This document shows positions 11,528 through 19,343 of a stretch of 64,000 bases of DNA, piece by piece. Source of the stretch: Bacillota bacterium (lineage in GTDB: Bacteria > Bacillota > Bacilli > Alicyclobacillales > SLC66); assembly GCA_021821055.1 (NCBI GenBank), contig JAKACX010000005.1, positions 14,695 to 78,694 of the forward strand, read 5' to 3'. Position numbers and translations under genes: made by a program. The notes under the pieces are model-generated. The model saw only the letters and a list, made by a program, of their open reading frames with translations, searched no databases and was not told where the DNA came from. The stretch's first letter is position 1, and each line of letters starts with the position of its first letter.

Positions 11528-11955
11528 GCGGTTGCCTGCTGGTGCCGCGCGGCGTTCTCGCGGAGATTGGCAGGCATGTCACCGGCCAATTGCCGATGGA
11601 GAGCGGGGGTATCCTGCTCGGACGCACGGTTGGGAGAGACCGGGCGGCGCTTGAATTCGCGGCGCTGCCCAGCGTGGCGCACGCGTGCGACCGCTATCAG
11701 GCGGCGGCCGGGGAATGCGTCGCGGCCGTGTATCGCGCGGCGCGCACGGCGCAAGACATTGTTGCGACGGTGCACAGCCATCCGAGCGGAGAGGGCGCGC
11801 CGTCGGCAACGGATCTGCTGGAGGCTTTCGGCTACAGGTCGTGCTGGCACGTGATCGTCTCGTTTGCGCAGGGCGAGGCGGTCTTTGGCGTGTTTGAATA
11901 CCACAATGACCGGACAACCAGGTCCTATTCCCGGGTCTCCCTCGAAGTTGTGTAG
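11524..11955 (+). CDS. Stand-alone JAB/MPN (JAMM) metalloprotease-domain protein
   Basis: PMESGGILLG conserved Glu and HSHPSGEGAPSATD (HxHx7Sx2D); GTGA start/stop overlap with the NUDIX gene. Confidence 0.75.
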   Translation: MSGCLLVPRGVLAEIGRHVTGQLPMESGGILLGRTVGRDRAALEFAALPSVAHACDRYQAAAGECVAAVYRAARTAQDIVATVHSHPSGEGAPSATDLLEAFGYRSCWHVIVSFAQGEAVFGVFEYHNDRTTRSYSRVSLEVV

Positions 11956-12083
11956 GGGCGCCCAGACGAACTGCGAGAGTGTCCGGAGCGGAATCCCTCA
12001 CGGACGCACACAGCGTTTGCGGTTTGAGTCAAACGCTGTACACGCGCACACCCGCGACGGGCGATCGCATTTCACACTTCCCC
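11955..12083 (-). mobile_element. Full-length, degenerate MITE-like element (same family as 17207-17397), inverted orientation
   Basis: Aligns end to end by eye with reverse complement of 17278-17397: GAACTGCGAGAGTGTCCGGAGCGGAATCC / ACAGCGTTTG..CAAACGCTGT hairpin / CCCGCGACGGGCGATCGCATTTCACACTTCCCC. Confidence 0.7.
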
Positions 12084-12110
12084 GGCGTGCGCGCGGTGCG
12101 CGTCGCCTGT

Positions 12111-12155
12111 CGCAACACCAGGACCACGCGCGTCGCGCGTGGTCCTGGTGTTGCG
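12111..12155. terminator. 45-nt near-perfect palindrome (20-bp GC-rich stem), terminator or REP-like
   Basis: CGCAACACCAGGACCACGCG-cgtcg-CGCGTGGTCCTGGTGTTGCG, followed 9 nt later by TTTCTTCTT. Confidence 0.5.
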
Positions 12156-12348
12156 CATGGTCCGTTTCTTCTTGAGAACGACTCCTGACTCCCGCTCCGA
12201 ATGTGCGGACGCCGTTTTCACAAGATCGATCGAAATCCATCGCATCGCAAACAGGGATCGGACCCCCGACCCGGAACAGTGTCTTGTGAAGACCGCGACC
12301 ATGGCGCAAAGGGGCGCCGAAGGGAACGCGGCGGAAAGGAGTGGAGTC

Positions 12349-13470
12349 ATGGGCGTCAACTTCGCACCGTCCTTCGCGCCTGGCGCGGCGGAACTGGCGG
12401 ACGCCATCCTGTTTGGCGCATTGCAGGTCGGCGCGTCGGACATTCACCTGAATCCGGCGGAAGATGAGTTGCGCGTCTTCTATCGGATTCACGGGCGCGT
12501 CGTCGACGTGTCGACCGTGACGGGTTGGGCGGGTCGCGTGCCCAAAGCGGTAGCCCAGAGGATCAAGGTGCAGGCAAAGATGCAACTCGGGGACCAACGG
12601 CGTCCGCAGGACGGGCAACTGCGCCTGTCATCCTCCGCGTACGGCGGGGCGGCGGACCTGCGCGTCGCGACCATTCCCACTGTACAGGGTGAACGCCTGG
12701 CCATCCGGGTTATTCCAGCAGAGGGACGTTGGGACCGTTTGGAGGACAGCGGTCTGTCGTACACCCAACTCGCGAATCTCCGCGAAGCGTTGCGGCGCGG
12801 CGGCATGGGGGTGGTTCTTGGGCGCGTCGGCGCCGGCAAGAGCACGACGCTGCACGCGATCCTGCGGGAGCGCAGCGTGGCTGGAGCGACCGTGGTGACG
12901 ATCGAGGATCCCGTGGAGAGAAAGGTGGCGGCGTACCAGCAGATCGAGGTGGACGACCGCGCCGGGCTCACCTTCGCCGTGGCGTTGCGAGCGGCGCTGC
13001 GGCAGGATCCGGATGTCCTGATGGTCGGGGAGATCCGCGACCGCGAGACGGCGGAGATCGCTGTCCGGGCGGGGCTTACGGGGCATCTTGTGCTGACCAC
13101 CATGCATGCGAACCGCGTCGAGCAGGCCGCCGCAAGGTTCCTCGAACTGGGCGTCGACGCCCGCTTTGTTCACGAGGCGATGCGGTTTGCGATCTGGCAA
13201 GAGCTTGCGGAGATCGGATGTCCGGACTGCCGCGGCACGGGTTGCCTGCAGTGCGGGGGCGTCGGGCTGCTCGGCCGGAGGGCCGTGTTCGACGTCGCCG
13301 TGTTCACGGGCGACGCGCCCGATTCCACGGTGGACACGACTGTCGTACGCCAGTCGCGGGCCGCGTTGCGGGAGGTGTCATGCATTCGTGCGGCAGCGGG
13401 CAAGCGCCAGGGCGCTCGAGTCACTCTTGGGCGATCTCGCGGAACTGGTCGAATCCGGCGTCGATCTTGA
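12349..13470 (+). CDS. comGA: Competence pseudopilus assembly ATPase ComGA (GspE/PilB family)
   Basis: ATG 12349 after AAAGGAG; Walker A GRVGAGKSTTL, DPDVLMVGEIRD, TGHLVLTTMHAN, C-terminal Cys cluster CPDCRGTGCLQCGG. Confidence 0.85.
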   Translation: MGVNFAPSFAPGAAELADAILFGALQVGASDIHLNPAEDELRVFYRIHGRVVDVSTVTGWAGRVPKAVAQRIKVQAKMQLGDQRRPQDGQLRLSSSAYGGAADLRVATIPTVQGERLAIRVIPAEGRWDRLEDSGLSYTQLANLREALRRGGMGVVLGRVGAGKSTTLHAILRERSVAGATVVTIEDPVERKVAAYQQIEVDDRAGLTFAVALRAALRQDPDVLMVGEIRDRETAEIAVRAGLTGHLVLTTMHANRVEQAAARFLELGVDARFVHEAMRFAIWQELAEIGCPDCRGTGCLQCGGVGLLGRRAVFDVAVFTGDAPDSTVDTTVVRQSRAALREVSCIRAAAGKRQGARVTLGRSRGTGRIRRRS

Positions 13471-14413
13471 CGGCGCACTGCAGATTCTCTCGGCGCGCGG
13501 AGGAAGGGCGGCCGGTCTGGCAAGGATTCTGCACGGGGCGTTGAGTCGCGGAGCGCCTGTCAGCGACTCCTTTGCACAGATTGACTGCCCCGACATCGTT
13601 CTCGGCGTCCTGCGGGTGGGTGAACTGACCGGCGATTTGCGGCGGGCGATGCAGGGCGCCCGCGACTATCTGACAAAGCGCCGGCTCCGGACGGAACGCC
13701 TTCACAGGACACTGGCCTATCCACTGCTGCTGGCGGTGCTGTCGACAGTTGTCGTCTACATCCTTGATCTTGTGGTGCTGCCTGATTTTCGCTCCATGTA
13801 CCGGGCGCTTGGGGTTGCGGTGAGCGCGTCGGCCTGGTGGTGGACAAGAGCCGGCGTGCGGGTGTCGGAGGTCGCTCCCGTTGTCGCATTGGTAAGTGCG
13901 GCCGGAATCCGGCTCGGAATGAGGTACGCCGGCAGGTCGACGCGGCGCTTCGCCGTCCGATTCCTGCTTAACAGGCGGATCGTGCGGACGCGGATGCAGT
14001 ACTACATCGCCCGGCCAGCGTGGGAGATGCTGGCGCTGACGCTCGGTGCGGGCATGGACCTGTTGTCGGCGCTGCGCGCCCTGGAACGGGCGGACGAACT
14101 GGGATTGGGAGATCTTTGGGCTGAAGTGATTGGACAGGTGGAACAGGGGCTCACGCTGTCGGCCGCGTTGCGCCAGCGACCAGAGATGCCCGAAGCGGTG
14201 CTCGACCTGCTCCACGTGGCGGAGCACACCGGAGACCTCGCGCTCGGCGCCGACCGCATATATCGGCACCTTGACGGAGTGGTGGAGAGGGCTGTCGACC
14301 GTGTGCTCGCAGGTGTCGAGCCAGCCGCGACCCTTCTCCTCGGGGGAATGGTCGGCGGCGCCACAATGCTGTTCTTTTACCCCATGCTGGAACTGATCAG
14401 GCAGATGGCGTGA
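13388..14413 (+). CDS. comGB: Competence pseudopilus platform protein ComGB (GspF family)
   Basis: Two GspF-like repeats with TM segments; no ATG in frame, GTG 13388 follows GGGAGGTG (13369-13376); start tentative. Confidence 0.8.
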   Translation: MRQRASARALESLLGDLAELVESGVDLDGALQILSARGGRAAGLARILHGALSRGAPVSDSFAQIDCPDIVLGVLRVGELTGDLRRAMQGARDYLTKRRLRTERLHRTLAYPLLLAVLSTVVVYILDLVVLPDFRSMYRALGVAVSASAWWWTRAGVRVSEVAPVVALVSAAGIRLGMRYAGRSTRRFAVRFLLNRRIVRTRMQYYIARPAWEMLALTLGAGMDLLSALRALERADELGLGDLWAEVIGQVEQGLTLSAALRQRPEMPEAVLDLLHVAEHTGDLALGADRIYRHLDGVVERAVDRVLAGVEPAATLLLGGMVGGATMLFFYPMLELIRQMA

Positions 14414-14457
14414 AAATGCTTGTGCGACTTCAATCCCTCGGAGGGCGAGGTCTCCCT

Positions 14458-14856
14458 ATGACCGCGTGGTGCAGGAAGAAGATCGGCTCCAGGCAAGGCT
14501 CCAGGCAAGATCACGGATTTACCCTGGTCGAGATGGTCGTGGCGCTGTTTATCGCCGCCGTGATCATGGCGGTCGCCATTCCCAATCTGCAGGCGGCCGG
14601 CGTCAAGGCAGCCGCCACCGGCTGCGAAGGGAATGAGCGGATGATCCGCGCCGCACTGGCGGAATATTACATGTCACACCACCAGTTTCCACAAGAGACG
14701 ACGGCGGCGGGTGATCTGGCGGACCTCAAGGCGGCGGGGTTGTTGCAGTCGACGCCAGTGTGTCCGAGCGGCGGGCAGTACATCATCACGGTTTCTCCGG
14801 ACGGACTTTCGGTCACCGTGTCCTGCACGGTGCACGGCGAACTGGGCGACACGTGA
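14458..14856 (+). CDS. comGC: Major competence pseudopilin ComGC
   Basis: Prepilin signal ...RQDHG|FTLVEMVVALFIAAVIMAVAIP (class III signal, Glu+5). Confidence 0.8.
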   Translation: MTAWCRKKIGSRQGSRQDHGFTLVEMVVALFIAAVIMAVAIPNLQAAGVKAAATGCEGNERMIRAALAEYYMSHHQFPQETTAAGDLADLKAAGLLQSTPVCPSGGQYIITVSPDGLSVTVSCTVHGELGDT

Positions 14857-14865
14857 CAAGCTCGG

Positions 14866-14895
14866 CGGATTTTATCACAGTTCTCCGGGGAGACC
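14866..14895 (-). repeat. Solo arm of the GGGGAACTGTGA repeat family
   Basis: Reverse complement CCCCGGAGAACTGTGATAAAATCCGCC matches GGGGAACTGTGATAAAGTCCGG (reverse complement of 17376-17397). Confidence 0.65.
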
Positions 14896-14904
14896 AGCCA
14901 GCAG

Positions 14905-15363
14905 ATGCGAGAGGAACATGGGTTTTCACTTGTGGAGACGCTCGTCGCATTGTTCATCGCGGTAGTCATGGCCGCGGTCGCGATGCCTGATTTCCGCGCG
15001 ATTTCTGATCGGACGCGACTGGATTTGACGGCCGCCTGCCTGGCGAGCGACCTGGCGACGGCCCAGGCAACCGCCGTGGATCTGGGAGAGTATGAAGAAG
15101 TTCGCTTCGCGCCGTTCGGGGACACGTATCAGACGTACCTTGACGGCGGCCGGTACGGCCCCATGAAGACGTTCGCCGCGCCGACGCGCTACTTCGACGG
15201 CTATCTGCACCTGCCTGAGCCGTCTTTGCGTTACTACAGCACGAGCACCGTGAGCGAAAGCGGGCAGATCGGCCTGGTGGATCCGGAGGGGGATGTCCGC
15301 GACATCATCGTGTCGCTCGGGTTTGGCGTCTTGCGGCAGTACCGTCACATGGTAGTGGGGTGA
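14905..15363 (+). CDS. comGD: Minor pseudopilin ComGD
   Basis: MREEHG|FSLVETLVALFIAVVMAAVAMP prepilin N-terminus; fourth gene of comG operon. Confidence 0.65.
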   Translation: MREEHGFSLVETLVALFIAVVMAAVAMPDFRAISDRTRLDLTAACLASDLATAQATAVDLGEYEEVRFAPFGDTYQTYLDGGRYGPMKTFAAPTRYFDGYLHLPEPSLRYYSTSTVSESGQIGLVDPEGDVRDIIVSLGFGVLRQYRHMVVG

Positions 15364-15367
15364 GGGC

Positions 15368-15727
15368 GTGAATCTGGCTGAGGCGTGTGTGGCTGTCTGG
15401 GTGATGAGCATTGCGATGATTGTGGCGGTCACGTTCCAAGTCGGCGCGTTGGCGGGCATTCACGTGACGGCCGAACGCCAGCAGGCCCTGCACCTTTGCC
15501 AGGGCGATCTCGATCAGGTGTGTAGGGCGCTGTCGCAGGGCGGGAGTCTGTCCCTGTCCGGCGAGATCACGATCTCCGGAGACCATTATGACGTGCAAGA
15601 GACGGTGCGTCCCGGTGGGAAGGGCGTGGATGCGGTGTCCGTGACAGTCTGCTATGGCAGTCCTGCCTTGCAACGGCGTGTGAGTATCTGGGCATGGCAG
15701 GCAGTGGGCGGGAGTGTGAGGGCATGA
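15368..15727 (+). CDS. ComGE-like small pseudopilin-like protein
   Basis: GTG start; (M)NLAEACVAVWVMSIAMIVAV hydrophobic N-terminus with Glu but no G|F cleavage site; positional analogue of comGE. Confidence 0.4.
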   Translation: MNLAEACVAVWVMSIAMIVAVTFQVGALAGIHVTAERQQALHLCQGDLDQVCRALSQGGSLSLSGEITISGDHYDVQETVRPGGKGVDAVSVTVCYGSPALQRRVSIWAWQAVGGSVRA

Positions 15728-16209
15728 GGTGCCGGGCCGGACATGGGGTCTGGGCGACAGCGAGTCAGGGGTTTTCCTTGCTGGAGGTGTTGACCGCGAT
15801 GACGGTCTCCGCGATCGCTCTGGTCGCGGGAACGTCGGCCCTCGTCAACATGGACCAGGCCGTGCGACGCACGGAGGACACCTCGTCTGCCGTGGGGGAC
15901 CTTTGGGTAGTCGACCACGTGCTGGGGCACGATGTGCGCCTAGCGGACTCGTTGGCGTACACGGGGACCCTCCTTTCGATCAAGCGATCTGACGGCGTGG
16001 CGGTGGGGTATTCGCTCTCGCGGGCGACGGATACCGCCTATAGACAATCCGGAGGCGCCGGCGACGCCATTGTCGCGTCGCATGTCGCAGGGTGGTCGTT
16101 CGCCATTCTGCCGTTTGGAGGCGTTCGGGTGGATCTCCAGGAGGTCCGGGGGGGTGTGACGGATGACGCGCAGTTCATTTTTCCGTTTTCGCTCGGACGA
16201 GGCGGGTGA
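15724..16209 (+). CDS. comGF: Minor pseudopilin ComGF-like
   Basis: ATGA overlap with previous gene; ...ASQG|FSLLEVLTAMTVSAIALVAG prepilin motif. Confidence 0.55.
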   Translation: MRCRAGHGVWATASQGFSLLEVLTAMTVSAIALVAGTSALVNMDQAVRRTEDTSSAVGDLWVVDHVLGHDVRLADSLAYTGTLLSIKRSDGVAVGYSLSRATDTAYRQSGGAGDAIVASHVAGWSFAILPFGGVRVDLQEVRGGVTDDAQFIFPFSLGRGG

Positions 16210-16594
16210 CCAGGGCTTCGCCCTGCCGTTCGCCCTCATGCTGCTGGGGGTCGCCGCGGTGCTGGCCGCCGCGGCGACCTATACGGCGGACCGCGCGGCC
16301 ACCCGTGTGACGCGTGAAGAGGACGGCGTGCGGGCGTATGAATTGGCGCACTCGGGCATCGAATGGGGAATCTCCAACGCGTTGGCGGGGAAGGTGGGCG
16401 TGTTTCGCTACGTATACCGCGATGTGGGCTCACTGGCCGTGACGGTGGCGGCCCTGTCCGGACCGACGGGCTCACCCTCAGGCACGGTCGCGTTGCAGGC
16501 TGTCGGATCAACCGTATACGGCGGGAAGGCGCAGATCGGTGCGACGCTCGACGTCACGCACGACGAACTGACAAGCTGGACGGAATCCCCGTGA
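16163..16594 (+). CDS. comGG: ComGG-like pseudopilin
   Basis: ...GDQG|FALPFALMLLGVAAVLAAAA; last gene of the cluster, overlaps comGF end. Confidence 0.5.
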   Translation: MTRSSFFRFRSDEAGDQGFALPFALMLLGVAAVLAAAATYTADRAATRVTREEDGVRAYELAHSGIEWGISNALAGKVGVFRYVYRDVGSLAVTVAALSGPTGSPSGTVALQAVGSTVYGGKAQIGATLDVTHDELTSWTESP

Positions 16595-16691
16595 GGGCGC
16601 GCGCGATCCAGCCGCTTGTGTTACGATAGGGGCAGCGCCGCAGGGCGCACAGGCCTGTCACGCCTGATGTTGTCTTCGTGCCGGAGGTCTC

Positions 16692-17207
16692 TTGCTCTTA
16701 ATGATTGCGCTGATCGGGTTTACGGGCGCCGGGAAGTCGACGCTGGGGGCGCGCCTCCAGAGTGAGTTGGGAATTCCGTGTTATGATGTGGATGCGATGA
16801 TTGAAGAAGAGCAGCAAATGAGGATTGGCGACATATTCGCTGTTCATGGCGAGGCCTATTTCCGCCGCCTCGAAGCGCAGACCATCCGCTTGTGCGCAGG
16901 ACGGCCGGCGGGCGTTCTGGTTACGGGCGGCGGCGCGGTGGTGAATCCCGACACAAGAAGGTGGCTGAGCGAAAATTGCCTGGTGGTGCATGTTTATGCG
17001 CCGCTGGACGTGATCGTTGAGCGTATGTCAGGCATGCAGGATCGACCCCTGCTCGGGTCTGACGACCGCGAGAAGACTCTGCGGGACATGTACGAAGCAA
17101 GGCGCGGCGTCTACGATTTTGCGACTGTACAAGTCGACGGCGCGGACGGAGCGGGGAATGTTGCCTTGATCGCCGAAGCTTGGCGCAAGTGGCGGCAGGA
17201 GCATTAG
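16692..17207 (+). CDS. aroK: Shikimate kinase
   Basis: LIGFTGAGKSTLG P-loop, GGGAV motif, about 170 aa; start TTG 16692 or ATG 16701. Confidence 0.9.
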   Translation: MLLMIALIGFTGAGKSTLGARLQSELGIPCYDVDAMIEEEQQMRIGDIFAVHGEAYFRRLEAQTIRLCAGRPAGVLVTGGGAVVNPDTRRWLSENCLVVHVYAPLDVIVERMSGMQDRPLLGSDDREKTLRDMYEARRGVYDFATVQVDGADGAGNVALIAEAWRKWRQEH

Positions 17208-17397
17208 GGGAACTGTGAGATTCGACCGGTCCGTCGCAGGGGCATTCTGACTGGCCTGATTCTGGCGGGCAAGGCTGGGGGGACTGTGAAATTCGATCGG
17301 TCCGTCGCAGGTCCGTCCATCTATAGCGTTTGACTAAAGCCTCAAACGCTATAGATGTCCGTTTTGGATTTCGCTCCGGACTTTATCACAGTTCCCC
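17207..17397 (+). mobile_element. MITE-like non-autonomous element (about 120-bp unit 17278-17397 plus a duplicated 34-nt left arm and 37-nt spacer)
   Basis: TIRs GGGGAACTGTGA (17207) and TCACAGTTCCCC (17386-17397), flanked by TA (17205-06) and TA (17398-99); internal hairpin CTATAGCGTTTGA-ctaaagcc-TCAAACGCTATAG; no ORF. Confidence 0.6.
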
Positions 17398-17432
17398 TAA
17401 CGATCATTTCTGGACGGAAGGAATTGGGTAAC

Positions 17433-19343
17433 TTGTGCGGAATAGTCGGGTTGCTTGCGCGTCGGGACCAACCGGTGGATGAGGCGGCACTCAAGGCAAT
17501 GGCCGACACCCTCGTTCACCGGGGTCCGGATGACGAGGGGTTTTTTGTCGACGGTGGCGCGGGTCTAGGGTTTCGCCGCCTGTCGATCATCGACGTCGAA
17601 GGCGGACATCAGCCTCTGTCCAATGAGGATGAGACCGTCTGGGTCGTATTTAACGGCGAGATATATAACTACAAAGAACTTCGGGGTGACTTGGAAAGGC
17701 GGGGTCATCGATTCCGCACGATGACGGATACCGAAGTCATTGTCCACCTGTATGAGGAGCTTGGCGAAGGCTTCGTTGGCCGTCTGCGCGGCATGTTCGG
17801 CATAGCACTCTGGGATGCCGCGCGCCAAAAACTGATTCTCGCGCGCGACCCGTTTGGCATCAAGCCACTGTACTACGCGATGACGCGCGAATGGATCGCG
17901 TTTGGCTCAGAGATCAAGAGTGTCTTGGCGGCGCCCGGTGTGCAACGGGAAGTCGACAGGCAGGCTTTCTGGGATTACCTTACGTTTCAATACGTCCCGG
18001 ATCCGCGCACGATGTTCGGCTCGGTGGCAAAGCTCCCCCCGGCGCACGTGCTGGTGGTGGAGAGCGGGCGCAGTGTGGTGCGCCGTTACACGCGACTTGA
18101 GTTTCATCCGGAGGAACGGCCGATCGAGGAGTACATCGAGGGTACGCTTTCCGTCTTGCGCGATTCTGTCCGTGCGCACATGAACAGCGATGTCCCCCGC
18201 GGGGCGTTTTTGTCCTCGGGGGTTGACTCAAGCGCGATCGTTGCGCTGCTGCGCGAACTTGAGGACGTGCAGACCTTCACGGTCGGATTCGAGGGTGCGG
18301 GAGGCATGAGCGAGATTGCCTACGCCCGCGAGACTGCCAGGCTTCTCGGGACGATACACCGTGACACGGTTGTCAGTGCGCGCGAATACATTGACGCGGT
18401 GCCGCGGCTTGTCTACCATCAGGACGAACCGGTCGCCGATCCGTCGGCGATCGCCCTGCATTTCGTGGCCGAACTTGCCAGTGAGTACGTCACGGTGGTC
18501 CTGTCGGGCGAGGGAGCGGATGAGATTTTTGGCGGTTACACCATCTACCGCGAGCCGCTCTCCCTGTCGTGGTTCGACCATGTTCCGCCAGCGATGCGCC
18601 GTTCGCTCGGCGAGATGGCGAAACTGCTTCCTGAAGGCGTTAAGGGACGGGGTTATCTGATACGGGGATCCAAGACGCTGCAGGAACGCTTCTACGGGAA
18701 CGCCTTTCTATACAACGAGCAGGAGAAGGCGATGTTCGCCGCCGGTCGTGGACTCGCTGCATCGTCCCACGTGACGCGCCCGTACTACGAGCAACTGTGG
18801 GGATCGGACCCGGTGAGTCAGATGCAGCACGTCGATATCCACACGTGGCTCGCGGGCGATATCCTGGCCAAGGCGGACAAGATGACCATGGCGAACAGTC
18901 TCGAACTTCGCGTTCCGTTTCTCGACAAAGAGGTGTTTTCGTATGCTGCGCGCATACCTGCCCAGTACCGTCTGAGAAACGGGACGACCAAGTACGTGTT
19001 GCGCGAAGCGGTGAAAGGCATCCTGCCGCCCGAAGTCGCGCGGCGCAAGAAGCTGGGGTTCCCCGTGCCAACGCGCAGGTGGCTGCGCGACGAGCACTAT
19101 GCGTTTGCGCGCGAACTGATCGGAGATTCGACGAACGGTGATCTGTTTGACCGTGACTACGTGCTGCGTCTTCTGGAAGACCACCGCGGCGGTGTGCGTG
19201 ACAACGCGCGTAAGGTCTGGGCGATCGTTGTATTCCTTCTGTGGCGTCAGACGTTTGTCGAGCAGTCGCGACCGTTTGTGTCGCGGCCGTCCGAACGCGT
19301 CATGAGACGGCGGGCCGGCTCCATGGCGGAGGCGATGCCATGA
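17433..19343 (+). CDS. asnB: Asparagine synthetase (glutamine-hydrolysing), AsnB family
   Basis: TTG 17433 puts catalytic Cys at position 2 ((M)CGIVGLL, Ntn amidotransferase); SGGVDSS PP-loop; GGAAGGA upstream. Track ORF start 17355 lies inside the repeat. Confidence 0.9.
   Translation: MCGIVGLLARRDQPVDEAALKAMADTLVHRGPDDEGFFVDGGAGLGFRRLSIIDVEGGHQPLSNEDETVWVVFNGEIYNYKELRGDLERRGHRFRTMTDTEVIVHLYEELGEGFVGRLRGMFGIALWDAARQKLILARDPFGIKPLYYAMTREWIAFGSEIKSVLAAPGVQREVDRQAFWDYLTFQYVPDPRTMFGSVAKLPPAHVLVVESGRSVVRRYTRLEFHPEERPIEEYIEGTLSVLRDSVRAHMNSDVPRGAFLSSGVDSSAIVALLRELEDVQTFTVGFEGAGGMSEIAYARETARLLGTIHRDTVVSAREYIDAVPRLVYHQDEPVADPSAIALHFVAELASEYVTVVLSGEGADEIFGGYTIYREPLSLSWFDHVPPAMRRSLGEMAKLLPEGVKGRGYLIRGSKTLQERFYGNAFLYNEQEKAMFAAGRGLAASSHVTRPYYEQLWGSDPVSQMQHVDIHTWLAGDILAKADKMTMANSLELRVPFLDKEVFSYAARIPAQYRLRNGTTKYVLREAVKGILPPEVARRKKLGFPVPTRRWLRDEHYAFARELIGDSTNGDLFDRDYVLRLLEDHRGGVRDNARKVWAIVVFLLWRQTFVEQSRPFVSRPSERVMRRRAGSMAEAMP

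Noticed and set aside
13388-13470. 83-nt overlap of comGA and comGB as a possible programmed feature
   Set aside because: It depends entirely on my tentative GTG 13388 start for comGB. A later non-ATG start would remove the overlap.
12729-13544. 271-aa alternative-frame ORF inside comGA/comGB
   Set aside because: It is an Arg/Gly-rich out-of-frame reading of genes with clear GspE and GspF motifs.
17207-17311. CRISPR-like layout: a 34-nt repeat, a 37-nt spacer and a second 34-nt repeat
   Set aside because: There are only two units, with 3 mismatches, and no cas genes in 64 kb. An inverted copy of the first 12 nt closes the element at 17386-17397. Related copies elsewhere are solitary arms. 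A MITE with a duplicated arm explains this better.
19241-19339. N-terminal extension of the dnaI-like ORF back to 19241
   Set aside because: The extension lies wholly inside asnB coding sequence. The ATG at 19340 forms an ATGA coupling junction with the asnB stop and begins a sensible N-terminus (MSLEKV...).
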